Origin: Vicinamibacteria bacterium
GTDB taxonomy: Bacteria > Acidobacteriota > Vicinamibacteria > Marinacidobacterales > Marinacidobacteraceae
Direction of reading: 5' to 3'
Length of the DNA: 64,000 nt
Assembly: GCA_963555995.3 (NCBI GenBank)
Contig: OY821641.1
Coordinates: forward strand, 1,280,001-1,344,000
Made by a program: the position numbers and the translations under genes. Positions 1 through 10,400 of the stretch are shown here, one piece after another. The notes under the pieces are model-generated. The model searched no databases. It was given only the letters and a program-made list of their open reading frames with translations, and was not told where the DNA came from. Numbering within the stretch: position 1 is the stretch's first letter; each line of letters begins with the position of its first letter.

Positions 1-949
<949 letters not shown>

Positions 950-1237
950 CTACTCGACGATGCCCAGGATCTCGTCCTCGCGGACGATGATGTAGTCCTC
1001 GTTGTCGAGCTTGACCTCGGACCCGGAGTACTTTCCGATCAGCACGTGCTGCCCGGGCTTGACCTCGGGAGCCTGACGGCCGCCGTCCTTCAGGACCTTG
1101 CCGGCGCCCACCTCGATCACTTCGGCGGTCATCGGTTTTTCCTTGGCGGTATCGGGGACGATGATGGAGCCGATCTTCTCCTCGGCCGCCTCGAGCCGGC
1201 GGAGCAGAACGTTCTCCCTCAGAGGCTTGAACTTCAT
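950..1237 (-). CDS. groS: Co-chaperonin GroES
   Basis: MKFKPLRENVLLRR...IIVPDTAKEKP...GKYSGSEVK...IVREDEILGIVE; start moved to the ATG at 1237. Confidence 0.98.
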   Translation of the reverse strand: MKFKPLRENVLLRRLEAAEEKIGSIIVPDTAKEKPMTAEVIEVGAGKVLKDGGRQAPEVKPGQHVLIGKYSGSEVKLDNEDYIIVREDEILGIVE

Positions 1238-1393
1238 CGGAATGGGTCTCCTCTTTCTGGATGGACGCCACGCGGCATCCATGACTGGGTTGCGATGCGT
1301 CCGGTCGGCCGGGCTTCGAGGGCTCGGGCCGATTTCCGCCGGCCCGCTCGATGGCTGGCCGGCGGCGCCGATCAGCAGCGCCGGACAGCGGGA

Positions 1394-1422
1394 ACGATAC
1401 GCGCGGGCGCTGTTTCTGTCAA
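1394..1422 (-). promoter_or_regulatory. Sigma70-type promoter for groES-groEL
   Basis: Minus strand TTGACA (1422-1417), 17 bp spacer, TATCGT (1399-1394). Confidence 0.75.
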
Positions 1423-1451
1423 GTCGTTTGTTAGCCGCAGCTTGCCATATA

Positions 1452-1476
1452 AATCTTAGTCGGTTTGACTACGATT
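1452..1476. promoter_or_regulatory. Imperfect palindrome, candidate operator upstream of the groE promoter
   Basis: AATC-t-TAGTC-ggttt-GACTA-c-GATT in an AT-rich patch. Confidence 0.5.
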
Positions 1477-1480
1477 CTGA

Positions 1481-2260
1481 TTAGCGGCCGTTCGAGGCGC
1501 GGAGCAGGATTTCGAAGCCGGTCACCGAGGCGGGGACCCGCAGCTCGTCCGCGTCCGTCGCGGGTTCGGTCGGGGTCCCGGCGGCTTCGAGGGCGCGCCG
1601 GTCGGCTGCGAGGTCCGGGGTCTCCAGCACCAGCGCCCGGAGGCCGGGGGGGCCGGGCGCGAAGCGGAGCCGGCAGCCGTTCGGGAAGGGGACGATCACC
1701 CCGCCGCCGTTCGCGGGCTCGAACTCCACGTCGAAGAGCTCCCGGAACCGCCTGCCCGCGGCTTCGGGGTCGCCGCTCCCCGCGACCACCTCGGCGAGCC
1801 GGGTCACGGAGAGCAGGGGACTGACCCGCGCGGGCGGCGGGTCGGGCCAGTTCCAGCTCGACGCGTGCGGCTGGATCAGCTCCACGGTGAAGCCGCAGGC
1901 GTCCTCCGGATAGACGAACGCCTCGAACCCGTCCGCCGCGGGGAAGATGCGGTCCTCGAAGATGGGGGCGGACTCCTTCACGCGGGCCACCGCGCCCTCG
2001 ATGTCGTCGGTCTCGATGGCGATGTGTTCGAGCCCCTCGCCGACGGTGCGGAGGTACTGGCAGACCCGCGCCTCCGGGTTCCAGTTGTGGACCACGTGCA
2101 GCCAGCACTCGTTGCCGAGGAGCTTCCGGGAGTCGAGCTGGAAGCCGCGCCCCTGGTCGGTGCGCAGCTCGGCGGGTTCGAGCCCGACCTGGCGGAGCCG
2201 CTCGGCGGCGGAGGCGTGGCCCGCGTGGGCGGTGCCGATGTGCTGGAGACGGAGGATCAT
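1481..2260 (-). CDS. VOC/glyoxalase-family protein (methylmalonyl-CoA epimerase-like N-terminal domain)
   Basis: LQHIGTA...GEGLEHIAIETDDIE...FVYPEDACGFTVELIQ VOC motifs; second degenerate VOC-like half. Confidence 0.75.
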   Translation of the reverse strand: MILRLQHIGTAHAGHASAAERLRQVGLEPAELRTDQGRGFQLDSRKLLGNECWLHVVHNWNPEARVCQYLRTVGEGLEHIAIETDDIEGAVARVKESAPIFEDRIFPAADGFEAFVYPEDACGFTVELIQPHASSWNWPDPPPARVSPLLSVTRLAEVVAGSGDPEAAGRRFRELFDVEFEPANGGGVIVPFPNGCRLRFAPGPPGLRALVLETPDLAADRRALEAAGTPTEPATDADELRVPASVTGFEILLRASNGR

Positions 2261-2295
2261 GGTGTCTTGTGGGGGTGGAACGGCTGGGAGAGAGC

Positions 2296-2484
2296 GGGAG
2301 CGCCGGTCTTCAGACCGGCATCGCGGCCGAAGGCCGCCAAACTCCCGTGGCCAGCGGGCCGGATGGCGTACCGCCATCCCGTGTGGCGCAACGCCACACG
2401 GATTGGCGCAACGTCATGCGGCAACGCAACACCGGGAGTTTCGCCCGCTGCGCGGGCGGTGCCGGTCTGAAGACCGGCGCTCCC
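2296..2484. repeat. REPIN-like element with 25-bp perfect terminal inverted repeats
   Basis: GGGAGCGCCGGTCTTCAGACCGGCA (2296-2320) and its exact reverse complement (2460-2484); internal hairpins GCGGCCGAAGGCCGC and GTGGCGCAACGCCAC. Confidence 0.85.
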
Positions 2485-2516
2485 GGCTGGCGGCACCTGT
2501 TTGGTCACGGGGTTCT

Positions 2517-2600
2517 TCAATCCACCCCGAGGTGGTGGAGGACGAAGGCCCAGCGGTCGGCTTCGAGTTCGACCCGCATGGAGAGCGGCATCCCGCCGCC
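2517..2600 (-). pseudogene. Stranded duplicate of the last 28 codons of the prolyl oligopeptidase gene
   Basis: 76/84 nt identical to 3719-3802; encodes GGGMPLSMRVELEADRWAFVLHHLGVD*. Confidence 0.9.
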
Positions 2601-2613
2601 GCGAAGCTGAGCG

Positions 2614-3240
2614 CTACGCACGCTTCCGCTGGGCAAGGTCAAGATCGTGCTGCTTTCTCGGCAAGGCGAACTCGTAGCCCTCCCGCGACGGGGTCAGGTA
2701 GGTGATCGCCCAGTAGAAGTCATCAAGCGGCACAAAGACTCCGTTCTGCTCGGCCCATGCCCGCATCCGGGGGTTGCACGCGTGCGCCCAGGAGAGGATT
2801 TCGACCCGCCAGCCGCGGCGATGCATTCGTTCGAGCGTGCTGTGAAAGCCGTATCCCTCCCGGTACCCGGCGCCGTCGCCGGTGAGCAGGACGACGGTTC
2901 CCGGATCGCCGTTGTGGTCCAGCGCATCCTCCAGCATTCTCAACTGCAGAAAGCGGTCGGGAACCTCCTGTTCCCCTCGGGTCGGGTCGCCCCGGTCGAA
3001 GAGCTGGACCTCCACCCCCAGACCCTCCATTCGATTCCACAACTGCCGCAGCTCGGGTGGGACCGAGCCGGCGGCGACGGCCCGGGCGACCTTCCGATCC
3101 GCGTGCGCCAGGCGGAGCAGGTTTTCGAAGTGAACGCGAACCCGGTAGCGCGCGTCGGGTCCGGCTTCCCGTTCTTCGGCGTGGCGCCGCGCCTCGATGA
3201 AGATGTTCGAGTTGTCCCAATAGACAAAAACCGAGTTCAT
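2614..3240 (-). CDS. NYN-domain (LabA/DUF88, PIN-like) predicted nuclease
   Basis: VFVYWDNSN...EQEVPDRFL...VVLLTGDG...GWRVEILSW...FVPLDD motifs typical of NYN domains. Confidence 0.85.
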   Translation of the reverse strand: MNSVFVYWDNSNIFIEARRHAEEREAGPDARYRVRVHFENLLRLAHADRKVARAVAAGSVPPELRQLWNRMEGLGVEVQLFDRGDPTRGEQEVPDRFLQLRMLEDALDHNGDPGTVVLLTGDGAGYREGYGFHSTLERMHRRGWRVEILSWAHACNPRMRAWAEQNGVFVPLDDFYWAITYLTPSREGYEFALPRKQHDLDLAQRKRA

Positions 3241-3444
3241 CGTCGCGGGTGGCCTCCTGGCTGTTCTGGCTGGAAAATCCTAGCCCACGGATCGCGCCGC
3301 ACCCCGGCTCCGGCCGGACCGTCGGAGCGAGTAGCGCTGCGTGCGCGGCCTGCGGCCGCGGTGCCGGTCGGAAGGCCCCCACCGGGATTAATCCTCATGT
3401 GCGAATTCTCCGGCGCCTCCGGTCCGTCATGAAGATGGCGGAAA

Positions 3445-3693
3445 CGGCTTGGAGCGCCGGCTTCAGCCGGCACAGCCCGCCGCAGGCGGGCGGGCGACGT
3501 TTCGCTGTTCGCGGTGATGGACCTGGGGCCGACGCCATCGCGCGGGGCAGCGTCGTGCCGTGCGCGGCGCGGAGCGCCGCGGTGCCGGTCTGGAGACCGG
3601 CGTTCCAAGCCGGTGCGTCGTGCGGCGGAACAGCTCCACGCACCTCGCGGCCCTGCGGGCCGCGGTGCCGGCTGAAGCCGGCGTTCCAAGCCG
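3445..3693. repeat. REPIN-like element (three REP copies)
   Basis: CGGCTTGGAGCGCCGGCTTCAGCCGGCAC (3445-3473) matches the inverted copy at 3665-3693 at 28/29; third copy at 3582-3612. Confidence 0.85.
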
Positions 3694-3718
3694 GCTGCGT
3701 GGTTTGGCCCATCGGTGC

Positions 3719-5872
3719 TCAGCCGACCCCGAGGTGGTGGAGGAGGAAGGCCCAGCGGTCGGCTTCGAGTTCGACGCGCATGGAGACGGGCATGCCGCCG
3801 CCGTGGCCGGCGCTCTTCTGGATGCGGATGAAGACGGGGTTGGGGCCGTCGCCGTGGACCTCCTGGATGCGGGCGGCGTACTTGAAGGAGTGGCCGGGGG
3901 CGACCCGGTCGTCGTGGTCGGCGGTGGTGACGAGCGTGGGCGGGAAGTCCTCGCTCGGCGCGACGTTGTGGTACGGCGAGTAGGCGCGCAGCACCTCGAA
4001 CATCTCGGGGTCGTCGGGGCTGCCGTAGTCGGAGGTCCAGGCCCAGCCGATGGTGAACTTGTGGAAGCGGAGCATGTCCATGACCCCGACCGCGGGGAGC
4101 GCCGCGCCGAAGAGTTCGGGGCGCTGGTTCAGGACCGCCCCGACGAGGAGGCCGCCGTTCGAGCCGCCGGCGATGGCGAGGCGGGACGGCTGGGTGACCG
4201 AGTCGTGGATCAGGAACTCGGCGGCGGCGATGAAGTCGTCGAAGACGTTCTGCTTGTTCTCCAGCATCCCGGCGCGGTGCCAGCTCTCGCCGTACTCGCC
4301 GCCGCCGCGCAGGTTCGCCTGCGCGTACACCCCGCCGCGTTCGAGGAAGACGAGGTTCGAGGGGTTGAAGCTCGGCCGCAGGCTGATGTTGAACCCGCCG
4401 TAGCCGTAGAGCAGGGTCGGGTTGTCGCCGTCCCGCGACATGTCCTTCCGGTGGGTGAGGAACATGGGGATCTGGGTGCCGTCCTCCGAGGCGAAGAACA
4501 CCTGGTTGGTCTCGTAGTCGTCGAAGTCGAAGGGGACCTCGGGGGCCCAGTGCGGCTCGGTTTCGCCCGAGGCGAGGTCGTAGCGATAGACCGAGGGCGG
4601 GAAGAGGAAGGAGGAGAAGGTGAAGTGGAGGACGTCGTCCTTGCGGGTCCCGCTCAACTGTCCGACCGAGCCGATGCCGGGTAGCGGCACGTCCCGTTCG
4701 AAGGCGCCGTCCATGGCGTGGACGGCGAGGCGGCTCTTCGCGTCGTCGAGGTAGCCGAGGACGAAGCGGTCCCCGACGATGCGCGCGGTGAGCAGGGTGT
4801 CCCCGGTCTCCGGGACGATCTCCAGCCAGTTGTCGGGATCGGGCCGCCGGATGTTGATCGCCACCACCCGGTAGCGCGGCGCGTCGTGGTCGGTCAGGAA
4901 GTAGAAGCGCTCGCCGTCGTTGCCGAGGAAGCCGTAGGAGGCGTCGAGCACGTCGAGGACGGGCACGATCTCGCCGTCGAAGCTCGGTGATGCCGGCCGC
5001 CCCAGATCCAGGACCTGGATGCCGTTCCGCTGGTCGGTGCCTTCCTGGATGTTGAAGACCGCGTAGCGGCCGTCGTCGGAAACCTGTGCGCCGACCAGCC
5101 GATTCGGGAACTCGGGGTTGGAATAGATCAGGGTGTCATTGTCCTGGGCGGTGCCGAGCGCGTGGTACCAGACGGTCTGGTTCACGTTGATGCCGCCCTG
5201 GGCGGCGTCGGGGTCCGGCTCGGGGTAGCGGCTGTAGAAGAAACCGCCGTTGTCGTGGGTCCAGGAAGCCCCGGAGAATTTGATCCAGCGGAGGTGGTCG
5301 TCGAGCTTTTCGCCGCTCGCGACCTCCATCACGTGGAACTCCCGCCAGTCGGAGCCGGCCTCACCGAGTCCGTAGGCGAGCAGCGCCCCGTCCTCGGTGA
5401 ACGCCGTCATGCCGACGCTCGTGGTGCCGTCCTCCGAGAGCTCGTTCGGGTCGAGGAGCACCTCCCAGCCGGTCGGGTCCTCGCCCGGCGACTCGATCCG
5501 GTAGAGGACGTCCTGGTCCTGGAGCCCGTCGTTCGCCCGCACGAACCACTGCTCGCCGAAGCGGAACGGGGCGCTCTGCCGCGCGTGGTCCTGGAGTTCG
5601 AGCAGGCGGGTGCGGATCGCCTCGCGCCCCGGCAGCGACCGCAGGTGGTCGAAGGTGACCTCGTTCTGGGCGTCCACCCATTCGAGGACCTCGGGGGCCT
5701 GGTCGTCCTCCAGCCAGCGGTAGGGATCTTCCACCGTGACCCCGTGGAGTTCCTCGGAGACGTCGTCCTTCCGGGTCTCCGGGTAGTCGTAGCCGCCACA
5801 GGCCGCGAGGGCCGCCGCCAGCGCGATCGCAGATCCTCGGAAGCAGATGGTGTGGAGTTCGGGTTGGCTCAT
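3719..5872 (-). CDS. Prolyl oligopeptidase (S9A), predicted lipoprotein
   Basis: DPYRWLED, LLYGYGGF, GGSNGG (catalytic Ser), DDRV, GHG; lipobox-like ALAAC; start at ATG 5872. Confidence 0.95.
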   Translation of the reverse strand: MSQPELHTICFRGSAIALAAALAACGGYDYPETRKDDVSEELHGVTVEDPYRWLEDDQAPEVLEWVDAQNEVTFDHLRSLPGREAIRTRLLELQDHARQSAPFRFGEQWFVRANDGLQDQDVLYRIESPGEDPTGWEVLLDPNELSEDGTTSVGMTAFTEDGALLAYGLGEAGSDWREFHVMEVASGEKLDDHLRWIKFSGASWTHDNGGFFYSRYPEPDPDAAQGGINVNQTVWYHALGTAQDNDTLIYSNPEFPNRLVGAQVSDDGRYAVFNIQEGTDQRNGIQVLDLGRPASPSFDGEIVPVLDVLDASYGFLGNDGERFYFLTDHDAPRYRVVAINIRRPDPDNWLEIVPETGDTLLTARIVGDRFVLGYLDDAKSRLAVHAMDGAFERDVPLPGIGSVGQLSGTRKDDVLHFTFSSFLFPPSVYRYDLASGETEPHWAPEVPFDFDDYETNQVFFASEDGTQIPMFLTHRKDMSRDGDNPTLLYGYGGFNISLRPSFNPSNLVFLERGGVYAQANLRGGGEYGESWHRAGMLENKQNVFDDFIAAAEFLIHDSVTQPSRLAIAGGSNGGLLVGAVLNQRPELFGAALPAVGVMDMLRFHKFTIGWAWTSDYGSPDDPEMFEVLRAYSPYHNVAPSEDFPPTLVTTADHDDRVAPGHSFKYAARIQEVHGDGPNPVFIRIQKSAGHGGGMPVSMRVELEADRWAFLLHHLGVG

Positions 5873-5934
5873 CGGTCTTGTTCCAAATCCTCCGTCGGCG
5901 GCAAGGGTACCCCTGGAGCGCCGGTCGGTCCTCC

Positions 5935-5963
5935 GGGAGCGCCGGTCTTCAGACCGGCATCGC
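5935..5963 (+). repeat. REP-like palindrome copy
   Basis: GGGAGCGCCGGTCTTCAGACCGGCATCGC, identical to the copy at 2296; GGCGCAACGCC hairpin nearby at about 6006. Confidence 0.8.
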
Positions 5964-6086
5964 TCCCCGACGGGGAGCGAACGTCCCATCGCCGATTTGC
6001 CGCATGGCGCAACGCCACGGCGTATGGCGCCCCTCGCGGAACGCTTGCGGCGAGCCTCGGGTCTGTTCCATCCTGTGCCCCTGACC

Positions 6087-6536
6087 ATGAGACGGACGGG
6101 ACTCGTGCTGCGAATCGGCTCCCGCGTCGCAATCGCGTCCGTCCTCCTCTGCCTTCCGGGATGCGGCGAGGATGCCGGTGTCCCGCGGTTGGCGCCTTCA
6201 CCCGCCGCTCCGAACCGCGCACCGGAAGCAACGAACCGGCGTCCCATTGCGGATGCCGGACCCACGCAGCGCGCCCGCGAAGGCGACACCGTTGTCCTGA
6301 ACGGCGCCGGGAGCCGGGACCCCGACGGGACGATCGTGAGTTACCGGTGGACACCGAGAGTCGGGAACGCGGTCACCGTGGTCCTCCAGAATCCCGAAAC
6401 CGCGACCCCCAGTTTCACCGTGCCGGATCTCGAGGAGGACACGACCTTCGTGTTCGACCTGGTGGTGACCGATGACCGCGGCGCTTCGTCGTCGGACGCG
6501 GCCGAGGTCTTCGTCACCACCTACGACGACATGTGA
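6087..6536 (+). CDS. Putative lipoprotein with a single PKD-like domain
   Basis: LPGC lipobox; RPIADAGPTQ...VVLNGAGSRDPDGTIVSYRW...FDLVVTDDRGASS. Confidence 0.8.
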   Translation: MRRTGLVLRIGSRVAIASVLLCLPGCGEDAGVPRLAPSPAAPNRAPEATNRRPIADAGPTQRAREGDTVVLNGAGSRDPDGTIVSYRWTPRVGNAVTVVLQNPETATPSFTVPDLEEDTTFVFDLVVTDDRGASSSDAAEVFVTTYDDM

Positions 6537-6597
6537 CCCGCCGGACTCCTCGTTCAATGGGCAGTTCAATACACGATCAGCGCCTAGACTGGTACGG

Positions 6598-6921
6598 ATG
6601 CCTACCCGCGGGCCCGAACGGGTCAATGCCCGCAATTCGTGTGACTTCGCCGCTCCGGTAGAGGTGTGGACCGTCGCCGCAGCGAAGTCACGGCTCTCCG
6701 AGGTGCTGCGGCGAGCCAGCGAGGTGGGGCCGCAGCAGATCGGGGTGCAGCGGCCACACGTCGTCGTGCCGCTCGATCAGTGGCTCGCCCGCGTGGAGCC
6801 CGAACGCGACTTCGGGCCGTGGCTGGTCGAGAACGCCCCGCGCGGTTGTGAGATCGAGCTCCCGAGCCGCGAGGACGGCGACCGGGAGATTCCTTTCGCG
6901 GATTCGGCTGGCGGGGGATGA
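6598..6921 (+). CDS. Phd/YefM-family antitoxin (orphan; start uncertain, GTG 6664 possible)
   Basis: WTVAAAKSRLSEVLRRASEVGPQQI matches the Phd N-terminal motif. Confidence 0.75.
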   Translation: MPTRGPERVNARNSCDFAAPVEVWTVAAAKSRLSEVLRRASEVGPQQIGVQRPHVVVPLDQWLARVEPERDFGPWLVENAPRGCEIELPSREDGDREIPFADSAGGG

Positions 6922-6949
6922 CGCCGTCGCCGGGTAAGCCGGTGCTGAT

Positions 6950-7204
6950 TCACCGGTACGCCCGACTCCGGTGTAGGACCGACTCGATACGAATCGTCTC
7001 GGCGTCGCGGTCGAACTGAAACAGGACGCGCCAATCGCCTACCCGAAGGCGCCAGCGGCGCTCCTGGCCCTTCAGCCGCAGAACGTCGCCAAAGCCGGTC
7101 TGGGCAAGCGCATCAATCGCGGTCAGTGCTCTCTTCCGAGCGGCCCCGTCGAGCCGCCGCAGATCTCGTTGCGCCCGGCCCGAAAACTCGACCGCCCAGA
7201 TCAG
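6950..7204 (-). CDS. relE: RelE/ParE-family toxin, CTG start (absent from the ORF track)
   Basis: Manual translation: (M)IWAVEFSGRAQRDLRRLDGAARKRALTAIDALAQTGFGDVLRLKGQERRWRLRVGDWRVLFQFDRDAETIRIESVLHRSRAYR*; CTGA overlap with the upstream stop. Confidence 0.88.
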   Translation of the reverse strand: MIWAVEFSGRAQRDLRRLDGAARKRALTAIDALAQTGFGDVLRLKGQERRWRLRVGDWRVLFQFDRDAETIRIESVLHRSRAYR

Positions 7205-7446
7205 GCTCCGAACTCCCGCTTGATTTCTTCCCGAGTAAAGGTGTGTCCGGTCCTGAAGTCCTCAATCCCTTCCTGAAGTGCCTGAAATCCTTCCTCGCTC
7301 AGTTCTTCCGTCTCCTCCGGAAGGTTGAGCAGGCGTTCGTAAGCGGCCCGCTGCGCCGCGGCGCGCCGGCTCTCCGGGGACCGCGCGTCGCCGACGTCCG
7401 TCCCTTCGGTGACCGGCAGTTCCGGAAGGGCAGTCTTTACGGCCAT
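7201..7446 (-). CDS. Cognate antitoxin of the RelE-like toxin
   Basis: 81 aa acidic protein ending EELSEEGFQALQEGIEDFRTGHTFTREEIKREFGA; overlaps the toxin start by 4 nt. Confidence 0.75.
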   Translation of the reverse strand: MAVKTALPELPVTEGTDVGDARSPESRRAAAQRAAYERLLNLPEETEELSEEGFQALQEGIEDFRTGHTFTREEIKREFGA

Positions 7447-7474
7447 GTCTGGATGGTAGCAGTGCCCGGATAAA

Positions 7475-10400
7475 TCAGCGCCGCCCGCCCGGTGGGTTGT
7501 CGGCCACCCAGAAGCGGTCGGGGGCCGAGCGTTCCACGGGCCAGAGCTGGGCCATGGTGTTGGCGTCGAAGAGCTCGCCGTTCCGCATCACGAAGCGGAC
7601 CGAGTTCGTGTTGCGGATGTCCGCGAGCGGGTCGGCGTCGAGGATCTGGATGTCGGCCAGCTTGCCGGCTTCGAGCGTGCCCAGGTCCTCGGGGAACCCG
7701 ATGGCCTCCGCGCCGAAGAAGGTGGAAGCGATCAGGGTCTCGTGCTCGGTGAGTCCGCCGGACTGCATTGCCCAGATCTCCCAGTGGGCGCCGAGGCCCT
7801 GGAGCTGGCCGTGGCTGCCGAGGGCGCAGCGTCCGCCCGCCCGCATGACCTTGGTGCAGCCGTCGGCGATCCCTTCGTGCACGTATTCCTCGGGGAGGAA
7901 CCACTGGCCGCGGCGGCGGACCATGTTGTCGAGGATGGCGGCCGGGATGAAGCGGGCCAGCTTCTCGTCGCCGACCACGTCGGTGTTCTGGAAGTAGTAG
8001 TTCTCGCTCCACGGTCCGCCGTAGGCGACGAGGATCGTCGGCGTGTAGTAGGTGTCGGTGCGCGCCACGTACTGCGCCACGTCGTCGTAGATCGGGACGA
8101 TGGGCAGGCTGTGCTCGTGGCCGGAGTAGCCGTCGGCCATCTGGGTCAGGTTGAGCTTGAGATCGAGGGCGCCCTCGGTGGTGGGGATGAGCCGGTGCTT
8201 CAGGGAAGCCATCGCGACCCACTGGCGGACGATGCGGTCGCCGACGACGTACTGTTTGATGGTGACGGCGTCGTACGCCTCGGCGTAGCGCTTCAGGAAG
8301 TCGTCGGCGGCGTCCGCGTCGTACACCCCGGAGCGCGAGAAGATGCCGGGGCCGGTGGCGTAGATCCGGGGGGCGAGGATGCGGCCGATCTCCTGGAGGT
8401 CGCGGTAGGCGAACACGTCGGCGGTGGAGGTCTGGGGGTCGCGGGTGGTGGTGACCCCGTAGGCCAGGTTCGCGAGGTGCTGGAATACCTGGCGCTGGTG
8501 GACGCCGCGCGGCGCCCACATGTGGGCGTGGGCGTCCACGTAGCCCGGCATCACGGTCTTCCCGGAGACGTCGAAGACGCGGGCGCCCTCGGGGGCGTCG
8601 AGGTCCGCGCCCACGGCGGCGATCCGGTTGTCCTCGACGAGCACGTCGCCGCCCTCGATGATCTCCTCGCCGTTCATGGTGAGGACCCGCGCGGCGTCCT
8701 TGAGGAGGATGGTTCCGCTCGGACGGGCGCGCGGCTCGGTCACCACCGCGTCGAAGGTGTCCGGCGCGAGATCGTCGTCACCGCCGATGGCAGCGGCGTC
8801 CTGCCGGTAGATGCGGTTCCCGAGCGACCAGACCACCGCGTCGCCCGCGGCGGACCACGCGAGGTGGTCGCCGCCCTCGGGCGCGACTTCCCGCACCGGG
8901 GTCGGGGTGTCCCCGCCGCCCACCTTGATCTCGAGGGTGTTTTTCCCGAAGGCCGGGACCTCGACAAGGTAGTGGCGGTTCTGGAGTTCGAAGAAGGCGC
9001 GGTCGCCGTTCGGGGAGAGCATGATCTGGCCGGCGGGCGGCGGGTTCGCTCCCGCGCCGCGGCCGGTGACCTTGAGGTGCGTCTTCCGGTCGCTGCCGTC
9101 GAGTTGCAGCGAGTAGAGCCCCGCGCTCGACCCGGTGAGGTACACCCGCTCCGGGTCGTTCGTGAAGTGGGGGAAGCGTCCCCCCTCCGCGGGGCCGATG
9201 ACGGTCAGGTCGCCGCCCGTGGCCGGGACCAGCAGCAGCTCGCTGAGTTCGGCCGGCCGCATCCCGCCGATCTCGTCCTCGTCGGCGTAGAGATCGGTCT
9301 TTCCCCAGCTTTCCCGGAGGAAGGAGTAGAGGTGCTCCTTGACCGGGGCGCGCCGGATCACGATGGCGTCGCCGGCGGGGTTCCAGGCCGGCTCGGCGTA
9401 GAACGCCGGGTCCGTGGTCAGCGCCGTGCCCGAGCCGCCGGCGGCCGGGACCGTCTTGAGGTGCCCGCCGGTGCTCGACCAGGTCACGTAGGCGATGGAG
9501 TTCCCGTCCGGCGACCAGGCGGGCATGAACTCGTCCTCGTCGGAATCGGTCAGGCGGGCCGGGGTTCCGCCCGGGAGGTCCATCCGGTAGAGGCGGCTGA
9601 ACGCCGAGAAGACGACGGCGCTTCCGTCCGGGGCGATCCGGGGCCAGCGGATGATCCGGGCGGTGACCGTCGGCCCGTCGTCCACGCGGCGGGGGAAGTA
9701 GAGGCGGGGCGCGACAGCGGCCTCCACCTGCGCCTCGAAGGGGATCGGGGTCATGGCGCCGGTCTCGAAATCAATCCGGCGGAAGCCGCCGTCCACCGTG
9801 GCGATCAGCGCCGCGCCGTCCGGGGTGAAGGCGTAGCCGGGCATGGTGTCCCGGCTGGCGCGGGACTCCTGGTCGTCGCGGGTGACCCCGTTCGCCAGCC
9901 AGCGCTCTGCGCCGGTGGTGAGGTCGCGGACCCGGAGCGCCGTCCGGGTGCGGTGGCGGGTGGCGTACACCAGGTGGCGGCCGTCCGGGTGGAGCAGCGG
10001 GCGCATCGCGCTGCCGGGGGCGCTCGTGATGGTGGTCTCCTCGCCGGTCTCCCGGTCGAAGCGGACCACCTGCCAGATCGGGAACTGCGCGTTGTAGTTG
10101 AAGGTGCCGCGCCGCTCGGAGACATAGACGTAGCGGCCGTCCGCCGAGGCGACCGCGCCCAGCCGGTTCGGCGGCTGCGAGCCGGGCACGCCGGGGGTCG
10201 GCTCGGGCGGCTTGTCGCCGAGGCGGACGCCGGTCCCGCCGTCCCGGTGGATCAGGAAGACGGCGGCGGTGCGCTCCGGTGGGCGGGACTTCGAGACGAG
10301 GAGGTAGTTCCCGTCGGCGGTCCAGCTCGGCGAGACCATGAGCTGCGGACGGTCGCGGGTCGGGCCGTCCTTGGTCACCGCTCGGGGCCCGCTGCCGTCG

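Noticed and set aside
2296-3693. CRISPR array from the palindromic repeats
   Set aside because: Copies are inverted, irregularly spaced and dispersed; no constant spacer length; no cas genes
2517-3802. Diversity-generating retroelement (TR/VR pair)
   Set aside because: Differences are mostly C/G swaps, half of them synonymous, not adenine-specific; no reverse transcriptase in the window
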